Below, one piece after another: positions 50,001 to 58,898 of a stretch of 64,000 nt of DNA. A program made the position numbers and the translations under genes. The stretch covers positions 124,001 to 188,000 of the IMG/VR virus record IMGVR_UViG_3300023049_000005. One strand, 5' to 3'. Numbering within the stretch: the stretch's first letter is position 1; each line of letters starts with the position of its first letter. A model generated the notes under the pieces. That model did no database searches, was not told where the DNA came from, and saw only the letters and a program-made list of their open reading frames with translations.

Positions 50001-52905
50001 AGATTTAAAACTTGACGACACACAATTAGATGATGGAGTTACTGGTACAGATTCTTTCTGGTCATCAGTTAAGATTACTACTGAGTTAGATACTAAACTT
50101 GATGATAATCAGTTAAATGATAGTGCTACAAATTCAACAACTTCATTATGGAGTGCTGATAAAATTTATACAGAACTAGATTTAAAACTTGATGATAGTC
50201 AGTTAAATGATGGTGCAACCAGTTCTACAACATCAATGTGGAGTGCTAATAAGATACAGTTTGAACTAGACAGTTTGAGTTTTAGTAGTGTAGTTATAAA
50301 TGATTCAGTTACAGCAACAGATTCTGTATGGTCTTCTGATAAAATAGATACAGAACTAGATACTAAACTTGATGATACTCAGATTAATGATTCTGCTACA
50401 AATGTAAATATTTTATGGTCTTCTGATAAAATAGATACCGAGTTAGACCTTAAACTTGATGATACTCAATTAAATGACGGTGTTACAGGGACAGACTCTT
50501 TCTGGTCTTCTGTTAAGATTACTTCTGAATTAGACTCTAAACTAGATGATAGTCAATTAAATGATAGTGCTACAAATTCTTTAACATCAATGTGGAGTGC
50601 TGATAAAATTTATACTGAATTACAAGCTATTGAAGCTAATGATCTACAAATAATCGACAGTGTTACTAGCTCTACTACATCAGTATGGAGTGGTAATAAA
50701 GTTTATACAGAATTAGAATTAAAACTAGATGATAGTCAACTAAATGATAGTATAACTACATCTACTAACTTATGGAGTGCAGATAAAATACAAACAGAGA
50801 TAAACGATTCTAGTTTTTATTTAAATAATGGTACATTATCTACTAATAGAACAATTGATGCTAATGAATCGACATTAACATTGGAGAGAGGTCAATTTGA
50901 AATAACATCAGGAGCTGATACTGTAGATTATGGTTTAATAGTTAGACGAGATGTAGGATTGACAGCGTATGCTAAATTAGTCTTTGATGAGTTAAATGAC
51001 ACTGCTATATTAGATGTAGCAAGTCCAACTGGTAGTTTTTTCTCAGCGAGTAATGGTATAGTAAGCGTAAATGGAGAGTTTAGGATTTTAGACGATGATC
51101 AATCTAATTATTTAAGGTTCTCAGCAGGATCACTAACACAGAGTTTAATATATGCTTTCCCACCTAATTATGGTACAAATGGAGAAGTATTAATAACAAA
51201 TGGTTTAGGTGATCTATCATGGACTGCTTCTAGTGGGGGTGGTATATCATCATTAACTGAAAATACTATATTAATAGGTAATACTGTTAATGAACCACAA
51301 GAAAGAGTTGTAGAAAAAATTTATGTCGATAACTTATCTACTGAATTCTTATCTACCGAATACTTATATACGAATCACTATACTACTTCTATTTCACAAA
51401 AAATAGAATCTAAATATCAGGTTGCAGAAAGAACACAACAAGATTGGATGATTTCTAAAAAGAACCATAATCAAGATATAATATTTGATATAGATATATC
51501 CAATACTAATATTTACTCAACTAGTAGCCAAGCATTAGATATAGAAAATTATTTGGGTGCTGACGTATTAAATATAATTGATAGTTCTACGACTTCTTCT
51601 ATCGGTGTTACAATATCATCTATTATAGGTGTGTTAAATGATTATAGATTTGCTTTAAGATTAGACGGAGAAGGCACAATAAACTTTGATGATGTAGCAG
51701 CAGCGTCTGCTTCGGTTAACAGTATAGTACTAATAGGAACACAGAGCCAAATATTGACAGGTGGAACATACTCAGCAGATATAAAATTCAGAAGAGTTAA
51801 TGGAGTTAACGTACAAATTGATCCACAAGTGAGTGTTGTATCAGTAGGTACTAGTGGTGGTGGAGGTTCTAATATTAATGATGCTGTTACTGCAACAGAA
51901 TCTACATGGTCTTCTACTAAAATATCCTCTGAGATTACTAGTGGTAATACAAATATATACACTGCTGACGGGACATTAACATCAGATAGAACGATATCAG
52001 GGGGAGCTAATGCTATAATTTTAGCTAATGGTGATTTTAATATACAACCATCGGGTGTAACTAATATTGGGTTTGGAATAAAAAACGTATCTGCTAATAC
52101 TTTAGCTGAGTTCATATTTGATTCGTCAAATGGTGGAGCAAAATTAGATTTGAAAAATTCATCACTAGATAGTTACTTCTCAGCAGATAATGGTGTAGTT
52201 AGTGTTGCGGCAGCAGCAGAATTTAGAATATTTGATGATAATAATTCACATTATTTAAGACTATCGGCAGGATCATTAACAGCAAATAGAACTTACGTTT
52301 TTCCATCAGATTATGGGACAGCAGGGGGAATAATGACATCAGATGGTGCAGGTAATTTATCTTGGTCAGTTGTTGGTGCAGGAATCGATTCATCAGGAGG
52401 TACTGTGTCACTTGAATCAGATCAAAGAGGAAACATATTCCAAATAGGAAGGGATACTAATGACTATATCTTGGTTAATACCACTGTTATCGATTTCAGA
52501 TTAGATGGTAACTTAGATATGAGGTTAGAAAATGATGGTGATCTTCATGTTGATGGTGATGTATTTGCTTTCTCTACTACAACATCTGATGAAAGCCTTA
52601 AAGATAATATCGAAACAATCGAAAGTGCATCAGAAAAAATATCAAAACTTCGTGGTGTAGAATTTATTTGGAATGGTACATCAAGAAAAGGACAGAAGGA
52701 TATTGGTCTTATAGCACAGGAAGTTGAAAAAGTTATACCTGAAGTAGTTTATGATAAAACTTTAACTACAGGAGAATACGCAGATAATCCTAAAGATGTT
52801 AAGACAGTAGATTATGCAAAACTTGTTGCTCTGCTTATTGAATCTAATAAAGAACTACAAAACAGAGTTTCTGATTTAGAAGAAGAAATAAAAAAGAAAA
52901 AATAA
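41059..52905 (+). CDS. Giant repeat-rich tail fibre with C-terminal peptidase S74 (intramolecular chaperone) domain
   Basis: 3948 aa; dozens of (I/L)ND....T..(L/G)WS..KI..E repeats; C-term SDESLKDNI...KLRGVEF.W...GLIAQEVEKVIPEVV...VDYAKLVALLIE. Confidence 0.8.
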   Translation: MTQSGMIKGKQINIESINLIPNESPLALTSFTVSTASTTFSGKQIINLEYLNDQLDLKIDITQINDNATSSTSSLWSADKIYTEITGLSQSIDSVSISISNILNDFITGSTTGWSSEKIDEELITLENSVNIKIDSVSISVANLLNDSITGSTTGWSSEKINNELDLKLDDSQLNDAAATSSTTSLWSVNKIYTELQAIEANDLQINDNATSSTTSLWSANKIYTEIQGLSSSVDARIDIINISVSNIEGDIIGLSNSIDSLSVSVADNTANIDSVSISVANILNDGITGSTTGWSSEKINNELDLKLDDSQLNDSIIGTLSLWSSDKISSEIQGLSSSVNTRIDTVSASVIGLSQSVDSLSQSVATNTTNIDSVSISVANLLNDSITGSITGWSSEKIDEELITLENNINSQLDLKLDDSQLNDTIVGTDSLWSSDKIDSEIQGLSSSVNTRIDTVSASVIGLSQSVDSISISVTNNTSTITGLSQSIDVINVTISNIEGDITGLSQSIDSVSISVANLLNDSITGSTTGWSSEKIDEELITLENNINSQLDLKLDVSQLNDAAATSSTTSLWSVNKIYTELQAIEANDLQINDAVTATDSVWSSNKIDNELDLKVDKTQIDDGGTGTTSLWSVDRLLTEFELKLDVSQLNDSIISATGLWSSDKISSEIQGLSSSVNTRIDTVSASVIGLSQSVDSLSQSVATNTTNIDSVSISVANILNDSVTGSTTGWSSNKIDSELDFKLDDTQLNDVVIGTNSLWSSDKINSEVQGLSSSVYAEIDSVSISVANLLNDSITGSTTGWTSQKIDSELDLKLDVSQLNDAAATSSTTSLWSVNKIYNELQAIDADHLQINDNATSSTTSVWSGNKVYTEIQGLSSSVYAEIDSVSISVSNLLNDNITGSTTGWSSEKIDEELITLENNINIKIDSVSISVANLLNDSITGSTTGWSSEKINSELDLKLDDSQLNDVAATSSTTSLWSVNKIYTELQAIDADHLQINDNVTSSTTSVWSGNKVYTEIQGLSSSVNTRIDTVSASVIGLSQSVDSLSVSVFNNTTTITGLSQSIDSVSISVANLLNDSITGSTTGWSSQKINDELDLKLDDSQLNDSAATSSTTSLWSVNKIYNELELKLDDSQINDAATSSTTSLWSSDKLYTEFENKLDTSLTNSYIFLGSPQNVATPTETEKIYISSVSDVPLTEEYLFLNGNTVTLAQKIESNFQIAERTQQGWMVSKRNVNEEVIFDIDVSSASLFNTASNELDISNYTGVDSLNIIDSTTSSPISITISSISGLESGYNINLRLEGQGSITFENTSATAASVGDLILFNDENRTIVGGTYSQGINIKNKNGVNLEIDPQFDIIIDQVNSNINDSTTSSTTSVWSANKIYTELRAIDADHLQINDNATSSTTSVWSGNKVYTEIQGLSQSIDSVSISVANILNDSITGSTTGWSSQKINNELDLKLDDTQLNDSIIGTDSLWSSDKINSEVQGLSSSVNSRIDTVSASVIDNTNTIIGLSSSVDSLSLSVFNNTTDITGLSNSIDIINVTISNIEGDIIGLSNSIDSVSISVSNLLNDSITGSTTGWTSQKINNELDLKLDDSQLNDAAATSSTTSLWSVNKIYTELQAIDANDLQINDNITATDSVWSSNKIDSEIQGLSSSVNTRIDTVSASVIGLSQSVDSLSVSVFNNTTDITGLSQSIDSVSISVANILNDGITGSTTGWSSNKIDSELDLKLDVSQLNDSIIGTLSLWSSDKTNTEIQGLSSSVNTRIDTVSASVIGLSQSVDSLSQSVATNTTNIDSVSISVANILNDSITGSTTGWSSEKIDNELDLKLDDSQLNDAAATSSTTSLWSVNKIYTELQTIDADHLQINDNATSSTTSVWSGNKVYTEIQGLSSSVYAEIDSVSISVSNLLNDSIIGSTTGWTSQKISDELDLKLDDTQINDTATSSTTSLWSSDKLYTEFQGKLGTGLTESYIFLGSVGNIATETPTEKIYPINDNDVLLTESYLAQFRSDLSIGQKVETVNQIAEKTPNGWSIIKKNINEDLIYDIDISNSSNYTISSNELNISDYLGVDTLNIIDGSTSSPFSITVSTIAGLYADFKIRFTVDTGGEVTFEHTDLATASFDDIVLSSGVNKTITGSTYSDYLSIQKIDIINKETDLSSDSITSNITNNISNSINDGTTSSTTSLWSANKIYTELQAIDADHLQIIDSVTSSTTSVWSGNKVYTEIQGLSSSIFAEIDSVSISVSNLLNDSITGSTTGWTSQKISNELDLKLDDTQINDTATSSTTSLWSSNKLYTEFENKLDTGLTESYIFLGNTANESSRVPTSKLYIDNVSTDILTETYVSNNYSTASIGQKVEASDQIAEKTQTDWMISKKNHNQDIVKDLDISSASLFATSSNQMNITQFIGVDTINIIDSSTSSFSATISTIFGLFDRSSVKFKVTTGGSVTFEHTDIASASFYDISLLSGGNVTIIGSTYSEFLRLQKINNINIEEDNVSLGVGSVTINDSSTSSTTETWSADKIYTEITGISASLSSEINDSITATDSTWSSDKIQTEIDDSSLYTSNGTISSPRTIYGNETQLILDGGQFEIWEGIDTTEYGVILRESGGGIRGQFVYDALSNTTKLELLNGTSSFFLANGGTVSVKGAFTIDDDDNSHYLQFSAGSLTQSLTYVFPSDYGTDGQALITDGSGTLDWITVATNSLSINDSSTNSTTEVWSADKTYTEIQGLSSSVFGEIDSVSISVSNLLNDSITGSTTGWTSQKINNELDLKLDDTQLNDAAATSSTTSLWSVNKIYTELELKLDDSQLNDAVTATDSVWSSNKIDNELDLKVDKTQIDDGGTGTTSLWSVDRLLTEFELKLDVSQLNDSIISATGLWSSDKIDNELDLKLDDTQLNDAAATSSTTSLWSVNKIYTELDLKLDDSQLNDTITTTNSLWSSDKIDTELDLKLDDTQINDSATNVNILWSSDKIDTELDLKLDDTQLDDGVTGTDSFWSSVKITTELDTKLDDNQLNDSATNSTTSLWSADKIYTELDLKLDDSQLNDGATSSTTSMWSANKIQFELDSLSFSSVVINDSVTATDSVWSSDKIDTELDTKLDDTQINDSATNVNILWSSDKIDTELDLKLDDTQLNDGVTGTDSFWSSVKITSELDSKLDDSQLNDSATNSLTSMWSADKIYTELQAIEANDLQIIDSVTSSTTSVWSGNKVYTELELKLDDSQLNDSITTSTNLWSADKIQTEINDSSFYLNNGTLSTNRTIDANESTLTLERGQFEITSGADTVDYGLIVRRDVGLTAYAKLVFDELNDTAILDVASPTGSFFSASNGIVSVNGEFRILDDDQSNYLRFSAGSLTQSLIYAFPPNYGTNGEVLITNGLGDLSWTASSGGGISSLTENTILIGNTVNEPQERVVEKIYVDNLSTEFLSTEYLYTNHYTTSISQKIESKYQVAERTQQDWMISKKNHNQDIIFDIDISNTNIYSTSSQALDIENYLGADVLNIIDSSTTSSIGVTISSIIGVLNDYRFALRLDGEGTINFDDVAAASASVNSIVLIGTQSQILTGGTYSADIKFRRVNGVNVQIDPQVSVVSVGTSGGGGSNINDAVTATESTWSSTKISSEITSGNTNIYTADGTLTSDRTISGGANAIILANGDFNIQPSGVTNIGFGIKNVSANTLAEFIFDSSNGGAKLDLKNSSLDSYFSADNGVVSVAAAAEFRIFDDNNSHYLRLSAGSLTANRTYVFPSDYGTAGGIMTSDGAGNLSWSVVGAGIDSSGGTVSLESDQRGNIFQIGRDTNDYILVNTTVIDFRLDGNLDMRLENDGDLHVDGDVFAFSTTTSDESLKDNIETIESASEKISKLRGVEFIWNGTSRKGQKDIGLIAQEVEKVIPEVVYDKTLTTGEYADNPKDVKTVDYAKLVALLIESNKELQNRVSDLEEEIKKKK

Positions 52906-53831
52906 TGCCACTACAAGCATCGGGACAAATAAGTTTAGGTAACATAGCAGACGAACTTGGTAGCGCAAAATCAAATCTGAGTTTAGGTGATTCTATAACT
53001 ACTGCCGAACTTAATGGAACTAACCCTGATCAAATGTCAGACTTTTATAGTTATGCAAACTCAAAACAATACAACGCACAGACAGCCGCAGCTCATGGTA
53101 TTTTCTATGAATGTGGTACAACAGATAATTATGCTCTACCTACGCCCGCATCGGACTTCTCATGTTCTGTTTGGTGTAAACCAAGACTATCAACAAAGGC
53201 AAATTTTTATCAATGCGATTTTAGACCCAATAGCGGATCTGATGCAACTAGTAGATTTATACTTGTATATGTGGCTAGTACTAATGCATTGTATGCAAGA
53301 TACCAATCAACTGGTGGTAACTTTGAAGCTAGGTGTGCGTTACATGACGCTACGACTAATGCAGAGCTAACAGGTGTTGAAGTTTCTGCTACAGGATGGT
53401 GTACTAGTCAAGTTGGTAACGTTAATAGTGATGGGTTTGCGCACTTAGCTTGTACGTATGATGGTAGCCAAACCCTCGCTGCTGCTGCTTTTAAAATATA
53501 TTGGAATGGGGCTGAATTAGACATAACAGCCTCTACAAATGCATCTAGGAGTCCTTTCGCCCCAGGATTGGGATATGGTGCTTCTGGTAATTCAGCAGAT
53601 GATAACTTAGGAACATCAGGAGACCATGATATGTTTAGCGCATTTACTTCTGTACTCACGGGAGAAAACATCACAAAATTGTATAATAATGGTATACCTG
53701 TGAGTGATGCACAACATGGTATAGGGAATATTCTTTTGGAATCTAGAATAGAGACTACGGTTACTGTGGATACTTCGCTAAACGGAGATTGGTCGATAGC
53801 ATCTAATGGTGGTACAATTACAGCATATTAA
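52905..53831 (+). CDS. LamG/ConA-like fibre-associated protein
   Basis: N-term MPLQASGQISL; 'FSCSVWCK', 'HLACTYDG', 'KIYWNG', 'LT.ENI.KLYN'. Confidence 0.7.
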   Translation: MPLQASGQISLGNIADELGSAKSNLSLGDSITTAELNGTNPDQMSDFYSYANSKQYNAQTAAAHGIFYECGTTDNYALPTPASDFSCSVWCKPRLSTKANFYQCDFRPNSGSDATSRFILVYVASTNALYARYQSTGGNFEARCALHDATTNAELTGVEVSATGWCTSQVGNVNSDGFAHLACTYDGSQTLAAAAFKIYWNGAELDITASTNASRSPFAPGLGYGASGNSADDNLGTSGDHDMFSAFTSVLTGENITKLYNNGIPVSDAQHGIGNILLESRIETTVTVDTSLNGDWSIASNGGTITAY

Positions 53832-53896
53832 AAAATAAAAAACTTGCGTAATTAGATATTTATTCCTATATTTGCTTCAAATGTAGACAAACAGAC

Positions 53897-54457
53897 ATGG
53901 AAACTAAAGAATTAATATTTGAAAATCTTATCAACGTTGCCTCTGAGTTTAACTTAGATGATATTCTTAGTGATGATTCCTTTTTAGGTGATAATATTGC
54001 TATTGGGTTTTATTTTGGTGTTTCTTTATCGAGTAATTTAGGCACGGATGATCTTTCTAATGAATTACTAGAGAAATTTTATTTCATAAATAAGAACAAG
54101 GATTTTAAATCTAAAGAAATACTGAAGAAAGAGGTAAAGAATAGAATCTATAGCAACATCGATCCTATTCAAATTAAAAATTATATTCTTAATAAAATTA
54201 GTGAGAGAATTGAACGCTTTAGTAAGGATGAATATAAAGATTTTAAGCAAATTAATATCGTTTTGGGGCTTCTAAAAGAAGCAAAAATTCTTTTTGAAGA
54301 CGGACGGCATATAGAAGTCGAAAGATGTTTAGCTACCCTTTTATCATATATTGAATTATTAGAAGGTGGTGTGCCTATACACGCTACATATATGGAATCC
54401 GTTATCGGTCTTAATAGGTTGTTTTTTCCCCTAAGTTATTATAGAAATATTTGTTAA
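53897..54457 (+). CDS. Hypothetical protein (host-type promoter upstream)
   Basis: 186 aa; TTG-N20-TATATTTG at 53844-53874. Confidence 0.65.
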   Translation: METKELIFENLINVASEFNLDDILSDDSFLGDNIAIGFYFGVSLSSNLGTDDLSNELLEKFYFINKNKDFKSKEILKKEVKNRIYSNIDPIQIKNYILNKISERIERFSKDEYKDFKQINIVLGLLKEAKILFEDGRHIEVERCLATLLSYIELLEGGVPIHATYMESVIGLNRLFFPLSYYRNIC

Positions 54458-54467
54458 AAACATCGGA

Positions 54468-54492
54468 GGTGCTATTGATTTAGCACCTTTTT
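54468..54492 (+). terminator. Intrinsic terminator
   Basis: aggtgcta-ttgatt-tagcacctttttt. Confidence 0.75.
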
Positions 54493-54532
54493 TATTTAAT
54501 ATATATGTTATAAATATGTATATTAAATAATT

Positions 54533-56764
54533 ATGAGATATATCTACAACAGAGATCAATTCAAAATAAATGAACAATTATTCGACTCAGACAATATGAA
54601 TGTCGAATTCGGTGATACCCTTTTAGGTGGTACTTTACATAGACTACTTGGAATAGGAAGATCTGCATTATCAAATGTTCAAATACAAAACTATGTTAAC
54701 AAACTAGACAGGGTGTTAGCATCTATGGTTGTTCAACCTACTTTAGATGAGGTAAACGATACTAGAGAAGAAGGTGAAGAAATAACAATCGAAGAATTAT
54801 CAGAAGAAGGTAAAAAAGCAGAAACCTCTAAGCTTTTATTAAAGGCTGCTGAGTTATCATTAGAAGATGATGAAGAAAGCAAAAGGAAGGCTGTTAAGTT
54901 ATTAGAAGCTGTTCCTGAGGAAGTAGTTAAAGAATTACCTGCTGCAGCATCAGAAGCTTTAGTTCAACTTAAAACAGATCTACAAGTAGCTAAAAAAGAA
55001 CAAGAAGAAGAACAAGAAGAAGATCAAGAGGAAACACAAGAAGAAGGATTAGTTAAATACCAAACATCTGATATTGTTTTATATAATGGTAGCCTTGTTG
55101 AAATAGTTGATATCGACAACGAAAACAATAAAATAAAAATAAAAGACAGAGAAGGTAATATATCCGAAGAAGATTTAACAAATGATTCTATAAATAATAA
55201 TAAAGAAGATATAGCTAAATATCTAGTTAATGTTATAAACGAAACTAAAGGGGAATTAGAAGCCTCTAATTTATACAAAGAAGCAGAGAAAAAGAATAAG
55301 GAAGAACTAGATAATTATATCACGAATATGGAACAGAGTGTAAAAAGCCTAAGAGATGGTAAAAACATAAATGAATCCATCACAAGAGTATTAGCGATAT
55401 CAAAAAAAATAAAGAGTAAGATAAGCAATTACACAGGAAAGGCTAATGAGTCTTATTTTATAGACATCGATTTAATTTTAGAAAAACAAGGAAAAGAAGA
55501 AAAGGTATTTACTGAAAAGGATTTCAAAAAACTCAAAAAAGAAATCGAAAAGGAATCTAAGACTTGGAAATTTACTATGTCTGACCTCGAAGAACTTAAT
55601 AAAAAGGTAGCTGAGACTAAAGGTATCGGTGAGATTACAGGTGAACAAGCTAAGGCTATAATGGATGTATTAACAAGTGCTAAAGATTCTTTATTACACA
55701 CTAAACCTCACGAGGAAATTAGAAAGAAACAACAAAGATATTTTGATAAACTACCTAGTGGTAGAGCGATCAACAGAAAGGGTTATTTAAAATGGGTTAA
55801 AGAAGTAAATAAGATATTATCTTATTATAAAGATTTCTTACCTAAAAAAGTAATAAAAATGATATCTGATAGTTTAGATAAAGATGCGATTTCTAATGAT
55901 TATGTTAAGATTAATAAAGACTTCTTAGACATAGATAAAAAGGGTAGTAGTTCTGATTCTAATAGTTCTAAAAAAGAAGAAAAGGTAAAGAAAAGTAGTG
56001 ATAAAGCATCGGGTTTTGTTGGAGTTAATAGAATAGTAGAACTAAAAAGTAGATTTACTTTAATGATGAATATTGATTCAGGTGGATCTAAAGAAACAAT
56101 AACTTTTGTGAATGTTGCTAAAAAGGGATCTGATTTATTCTTCAAATTTACTATTGGTGCTAACTTAAAATGGTTAGAAAACTATTATAAAGGAAAGAAC
56201 CTTAAAAACACAGTAGAACCTGCTAATGATATGCCATTCGATACAAACGGTGATATGCAAGATTTCAAATTTAGTACAAACGCTAAATATGGAGATGTGT
56301 TCTTTGCTAAAGCTAAGAACGTAGACACTATAAAGAAAGGGGGTAAATTAAATATTATATATTTCAATTTATCAGAACTCGTTAAAAACAACATGAGTGA
56401 AGTGGGCGATACAGTAGAATTTAATCTATCTGATATCGAAACTAAAGAAAGTTCTTGGTCAGTTAACACATTAGGTATATTAGTTGGTGATACGGACTTT
56501 GGTTATTCAGAGCCTACATCGGGATCTAACATTAAAGATATAGATGCTCAGATCACAAACAAAATAGCATCAGAGTTTGCTAAGGTTTTAAAGAAAGATA
56601 TTGCTGATTTAAAAGTAGGTGATAAAATTGTCTACCGACAAAAAACAGGCGATAAAGGAACAAACGAAGCAGAAATAGCTGAATTCATAACAGATACCCT
56701 TATTAGAGTTAAGACATCTAATAGTGATGATGTGAAGATAGACGCAGATCAAATAATTTTATAA
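54533..56764 (+). CDS. Large hypothetical protein, possibly internal virion protein
   Basis: 743 aa; several INE/ANES/ILE sites; late-type promoter. Confidence 0.6.
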   Translation: MRYIYNRDQFKINEQLFDSDNMNVEFGDTLLGGTLHRLLGIGRSALSNVQIQNYVNKLDRVLASMVVQPTLDEVNDTREEGEEITIEELSEEGKKAETSKLLLKAAELSLEDDEESKRKAVKLLEAVPEEVVKELPAAASEALVQLKTDLQVAKKEQEEEQEEDQEETQEEGLVKYQTSDIVLYNGSLVEIVDIDNENNKIKIKDREGNISEEDLTNDSINNNKEDIAKYLVNVINETKGELEASNLYKEAEKKNKEELDNYITNMEQSVKSLRDGKNINESITRVLAISKKIKSKISNYTGKANESYFIDIDLILEKQGKEEKVFTEKDFKKLKKEIEKESKTWKFTMSDLEELNKKVAETKGIGEITGEQAKAIMDVLTSAKDSLLHTKPHEEIRKKQQRYFDKLPSGRAINRKGYLKWVKEVNKILSYYKDFLPKKVIKMISDSLDKDAISNDYVKINKDFLDIDKKGSSSDSNSSKKEEKVKKSSDKASGFVGVNRIVELKSRFTLMMNIDSGGSKETITFVNVAKKGSDLFFKFTIGANLKWLENYYKGKNLKNTVEPANDMPFDTNGDMQDFKFSTNAKYGDVFFAKAKNVDTIKKGGKLNIIYFNLSELVKNNMSEVGDTVEFNLSDIETKESSWSVNTLGILVGDTDFGYSEPTSGSNIKDIDAQITNKIASEFAKVLKKDIADLKVGDKIVYRQKTGDKGTNEAEIAEFITDTLIRVKTSNSDDVKIDADQIIL

Positions 56765-56765
56765 A

Positions 56766-57605
56766 ATGAATTCTTGTCATATATTTAACATAGATAACAC
56801 GTTGATCGATTTCGATAGACAAGTTTGGGTTATAGAAAAAAGTAATCCTAATAAGTGTATTATGAAAATTGATAAGTCAGAGTTTGACCTTATTAAGAAT
56901 GGGGTATACAAAAACTTTGGTATTTCAATAAATTTTGGTAGTAAGAAGTACTTTGTAGATGATACGTTCATACAAAAACTAAATGATAGTGTTAAAAAAG
57001 AAGTTGAAATAAATGAATTAACATTCAGTTTCAGAGAATATATTGAACCCGAATCTATTGATGGTTTGGATATAAGATATGATTTAGCACCTATTAAACA
57101 CCTTAAATCGAGCAATGATGATATCTATTTCATCACTTCTAAAACAACCGAAGAAAACTATAAGAATATCCATAATAAACTTATCGAAAAACTAAAAGAT
57201 AATGGTATTATCATAAAACAAACATACTATCTTAATAGCTCATATTTTGCCCAAAGTAGCGACGAAAACCTTAAAAAGATATCACATGTAATTATATCTA
57301 ATTTACTTGGTAGAAACATAAGAAATAATGAATTAATGGATACTAATGATAGAGAATATAGCTCTGTTAACTATTATGATTCAAACTATGTTACGATTAA
57401 TAAATTGAAAGCACAGATTAAAGAATTCTTAGATGGGTTAACAACTAAGGATGTTAAGAAAAAACTTTTTTTGAATAAAGTTACTTCCAATGAATTAAAT
57501 ATTATCGAAAAAGAAGAAGTTGAATTAAATGATAAATATATTAGAACATTTGAATCATTTAGTCGTCATCACGATTCTTTAAAAAGTCGTCGATTTTCGA
57601 ATTAA
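56766..57605 (+). CDS. Hypothetical protein (degenerate HAD-like N-terminus)
   Basis: 'HIFNIDNTLID' resembles the HAD DxD motif with N replacing D. Confidence 0.5.
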   Translation: MNSCHIFNIDNTLIDFDRQVWVIEKSNPNKCIMKIDKSEFDLIKNGVYKNFGISINFGSKKYFVDDTFIQKLNDSVKKEVEINELTFSFREYIEPESIDGLDIRYDLAPIKHLKSSNDDIYFITSKTTEENYKNIHNKLIEKLKDNGIIIKQTYYLNSSYFAQSSDENLKKISHVIISNLLGRNIRNNELMDTNDREYSSVNYYDSNYVTINKLKAQIKEFLDGLTTKDVKKKLFLNKVTSNELNIIEKEEVELNDKYIRTFESFSRHHDSLKSRRFSN

Positions 57606-58173
57606 TATCACTTCCATTTAATATTATACCATCACTACCATTATTAGGGCTAACATTATAATCGCCACTGTTTACAGTTTCGTTTAATCCAAGATCTTTT
57701 CTCATATCTTTATACATCTTTTCTATCTCAGTTCTTGCTTTACGACCATCTTTGATATTTTCTCTAACCTCACCAATATGCTTAGATGTGATCTCGTACA
57801 TTCTTGGACTTATATCACCTGAATCAATTTGCTTCATTTGTTGTAATAGAAGCTTCTCACTGAGTTTTTGTATTACTTTCATCTGTGAATAGTATTCAGC
57901 GTCTTCACTCATCCTAGCTTGGATATACTCGTGTTCAGCTACATCAGAATCACCTAAATATAGGTCTACTAAACCCTTTAATAGCTCTTTACCTGTTTCT
58001 TTAGCCTTATTAATATCTTTATCGTAGTCGTATAGTTCTACTTCACCGAAACCTGGCATGTCTTCGTCAGAGTCTACCATATATTTACTCATATCAGCTT
58101 GGTTTGAGTATTGGTTCTTTATTTGTTCTATTTCGTCGTCTAGATCCTTCTTTTTATCTTGATTCTTGCTCAT
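57559..58173 (-). CDS. Putative terminase small subunit (T4 gp16-like)
   Basis: 'SPRMYEI' helix motif followed by coiled coil, like the gp16 xPRxxEV motif. Confidence 0.5.
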   Translation of the reverse strand: MSKNQDKKKDLDDEIEQIKNQYSNQADMSKYMVDSDEDMPGFGEVELYDYDKDINKAKETGKELLKGLVDLYLGDSDVAEHEYIQARMSEDAEYYSQMKVIQKLSEKLLLQQMKQIDSGDISPRMYEITSKHIGEVRENIKDGRKARTEIEKMYKDMRKDLGLNETVNSGDYNVSPNNGSDGIILNGSDINSKIDDFLKNRDDD

Positions 58174-58251
58174 AAGGATGTTTATATTTTAACTTATATA
58201 TAAATAAATAGTTCTTTCATTTTAATATATAAATAAAATACAAATAGTACT

Positions 58252-58509
58252 ATGGATGTTCAGAAATTTAATGATTTTAAAAAAGAAGGTGGTAAGAGCA
58301 ATTATATGTTCTTCAACCATTTGAGAGTGATGAAAAACAATATTGAAGAACTAATGGGAATGGATCAAGATAAAATTGATGCTATATTAGATGAACACGA
58401 TTGGGCTTCTGACCACATATCTGTCGCATCAGAGAACTTAGACCAAGTATATCACTTCCTATTATCAGGGAAGATTAAAGATCAAGAAGAAGGCTCAGAA
58501 GAAGTGTAA
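58252..58509 (+). CDS. Hypothetical protein
   Basis: 85 aa, 'HDWASDHIS'. Confidence 0.7.
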   Translation: MDVQKFNDFKKEGGKSNYMFFNHLRVMKNNIEELMGMDQDKIDAILDEHDWASDHISVASENLDQVYHFLLSGKIKDQEEGSEEV

Positions 58510-58898
58510 TCTACATCAGCTTCTTTTAACCACATATCTAAATTATTAGCTAAATTATCAATAGTTGTTTCTACATATAGATTATAAAATTCTGTGCTTA
58601 GATCTTCATCAAAACAAGAAGGACATTTGTAGTCATAATCCGCAGCATAGGATTGACTCACCATTAGATTAAAGTCCTTATCATAAACATATACCACAGT
58701 AGTATCGAAAGAAATACCGTAGGAAACATCATTCCTACGGTATAATCGATCAGTGTCATTATAATCAGGTCTATGTACGTCTGCGTTTTCAACGTACCCA
58801 CAACCTAACTTATCGAATTTAGAGAAGATATTGGCTTCTATCCAATTGATCTTTTCCATATAATTAAACACATCTTCTCTTTTATTAACTATATTCAT
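58482..58898 (-). CDS. Hypothetical protein
   Basis: 138-aa ORF. Confidence 0.6.
   Translation of the reverse strand: MNIVNKREDVFNYMEKINWIEANIFSKFDKLGCGYVENADVHRPDYNDTDRLYRRNDVSYGISFDTTVVYVYDKDFNLMVSQSYAADYDYKCPSCFDEDLSTEFYNLYVETTIDNLANNLDMWLKEADVDYTSSEPSS

Noticed and set aside
41059-52905. CRISPR array or diversity-generating retroelement suggested by the DNA repeats
   Set aside because: Repeats are in-frame coding repeats with mostly synonymous variation; there is no constant-repeat/unique-spacer pattern, no adenine-specific TR/VR pair and no reverse transcriptase in the window.
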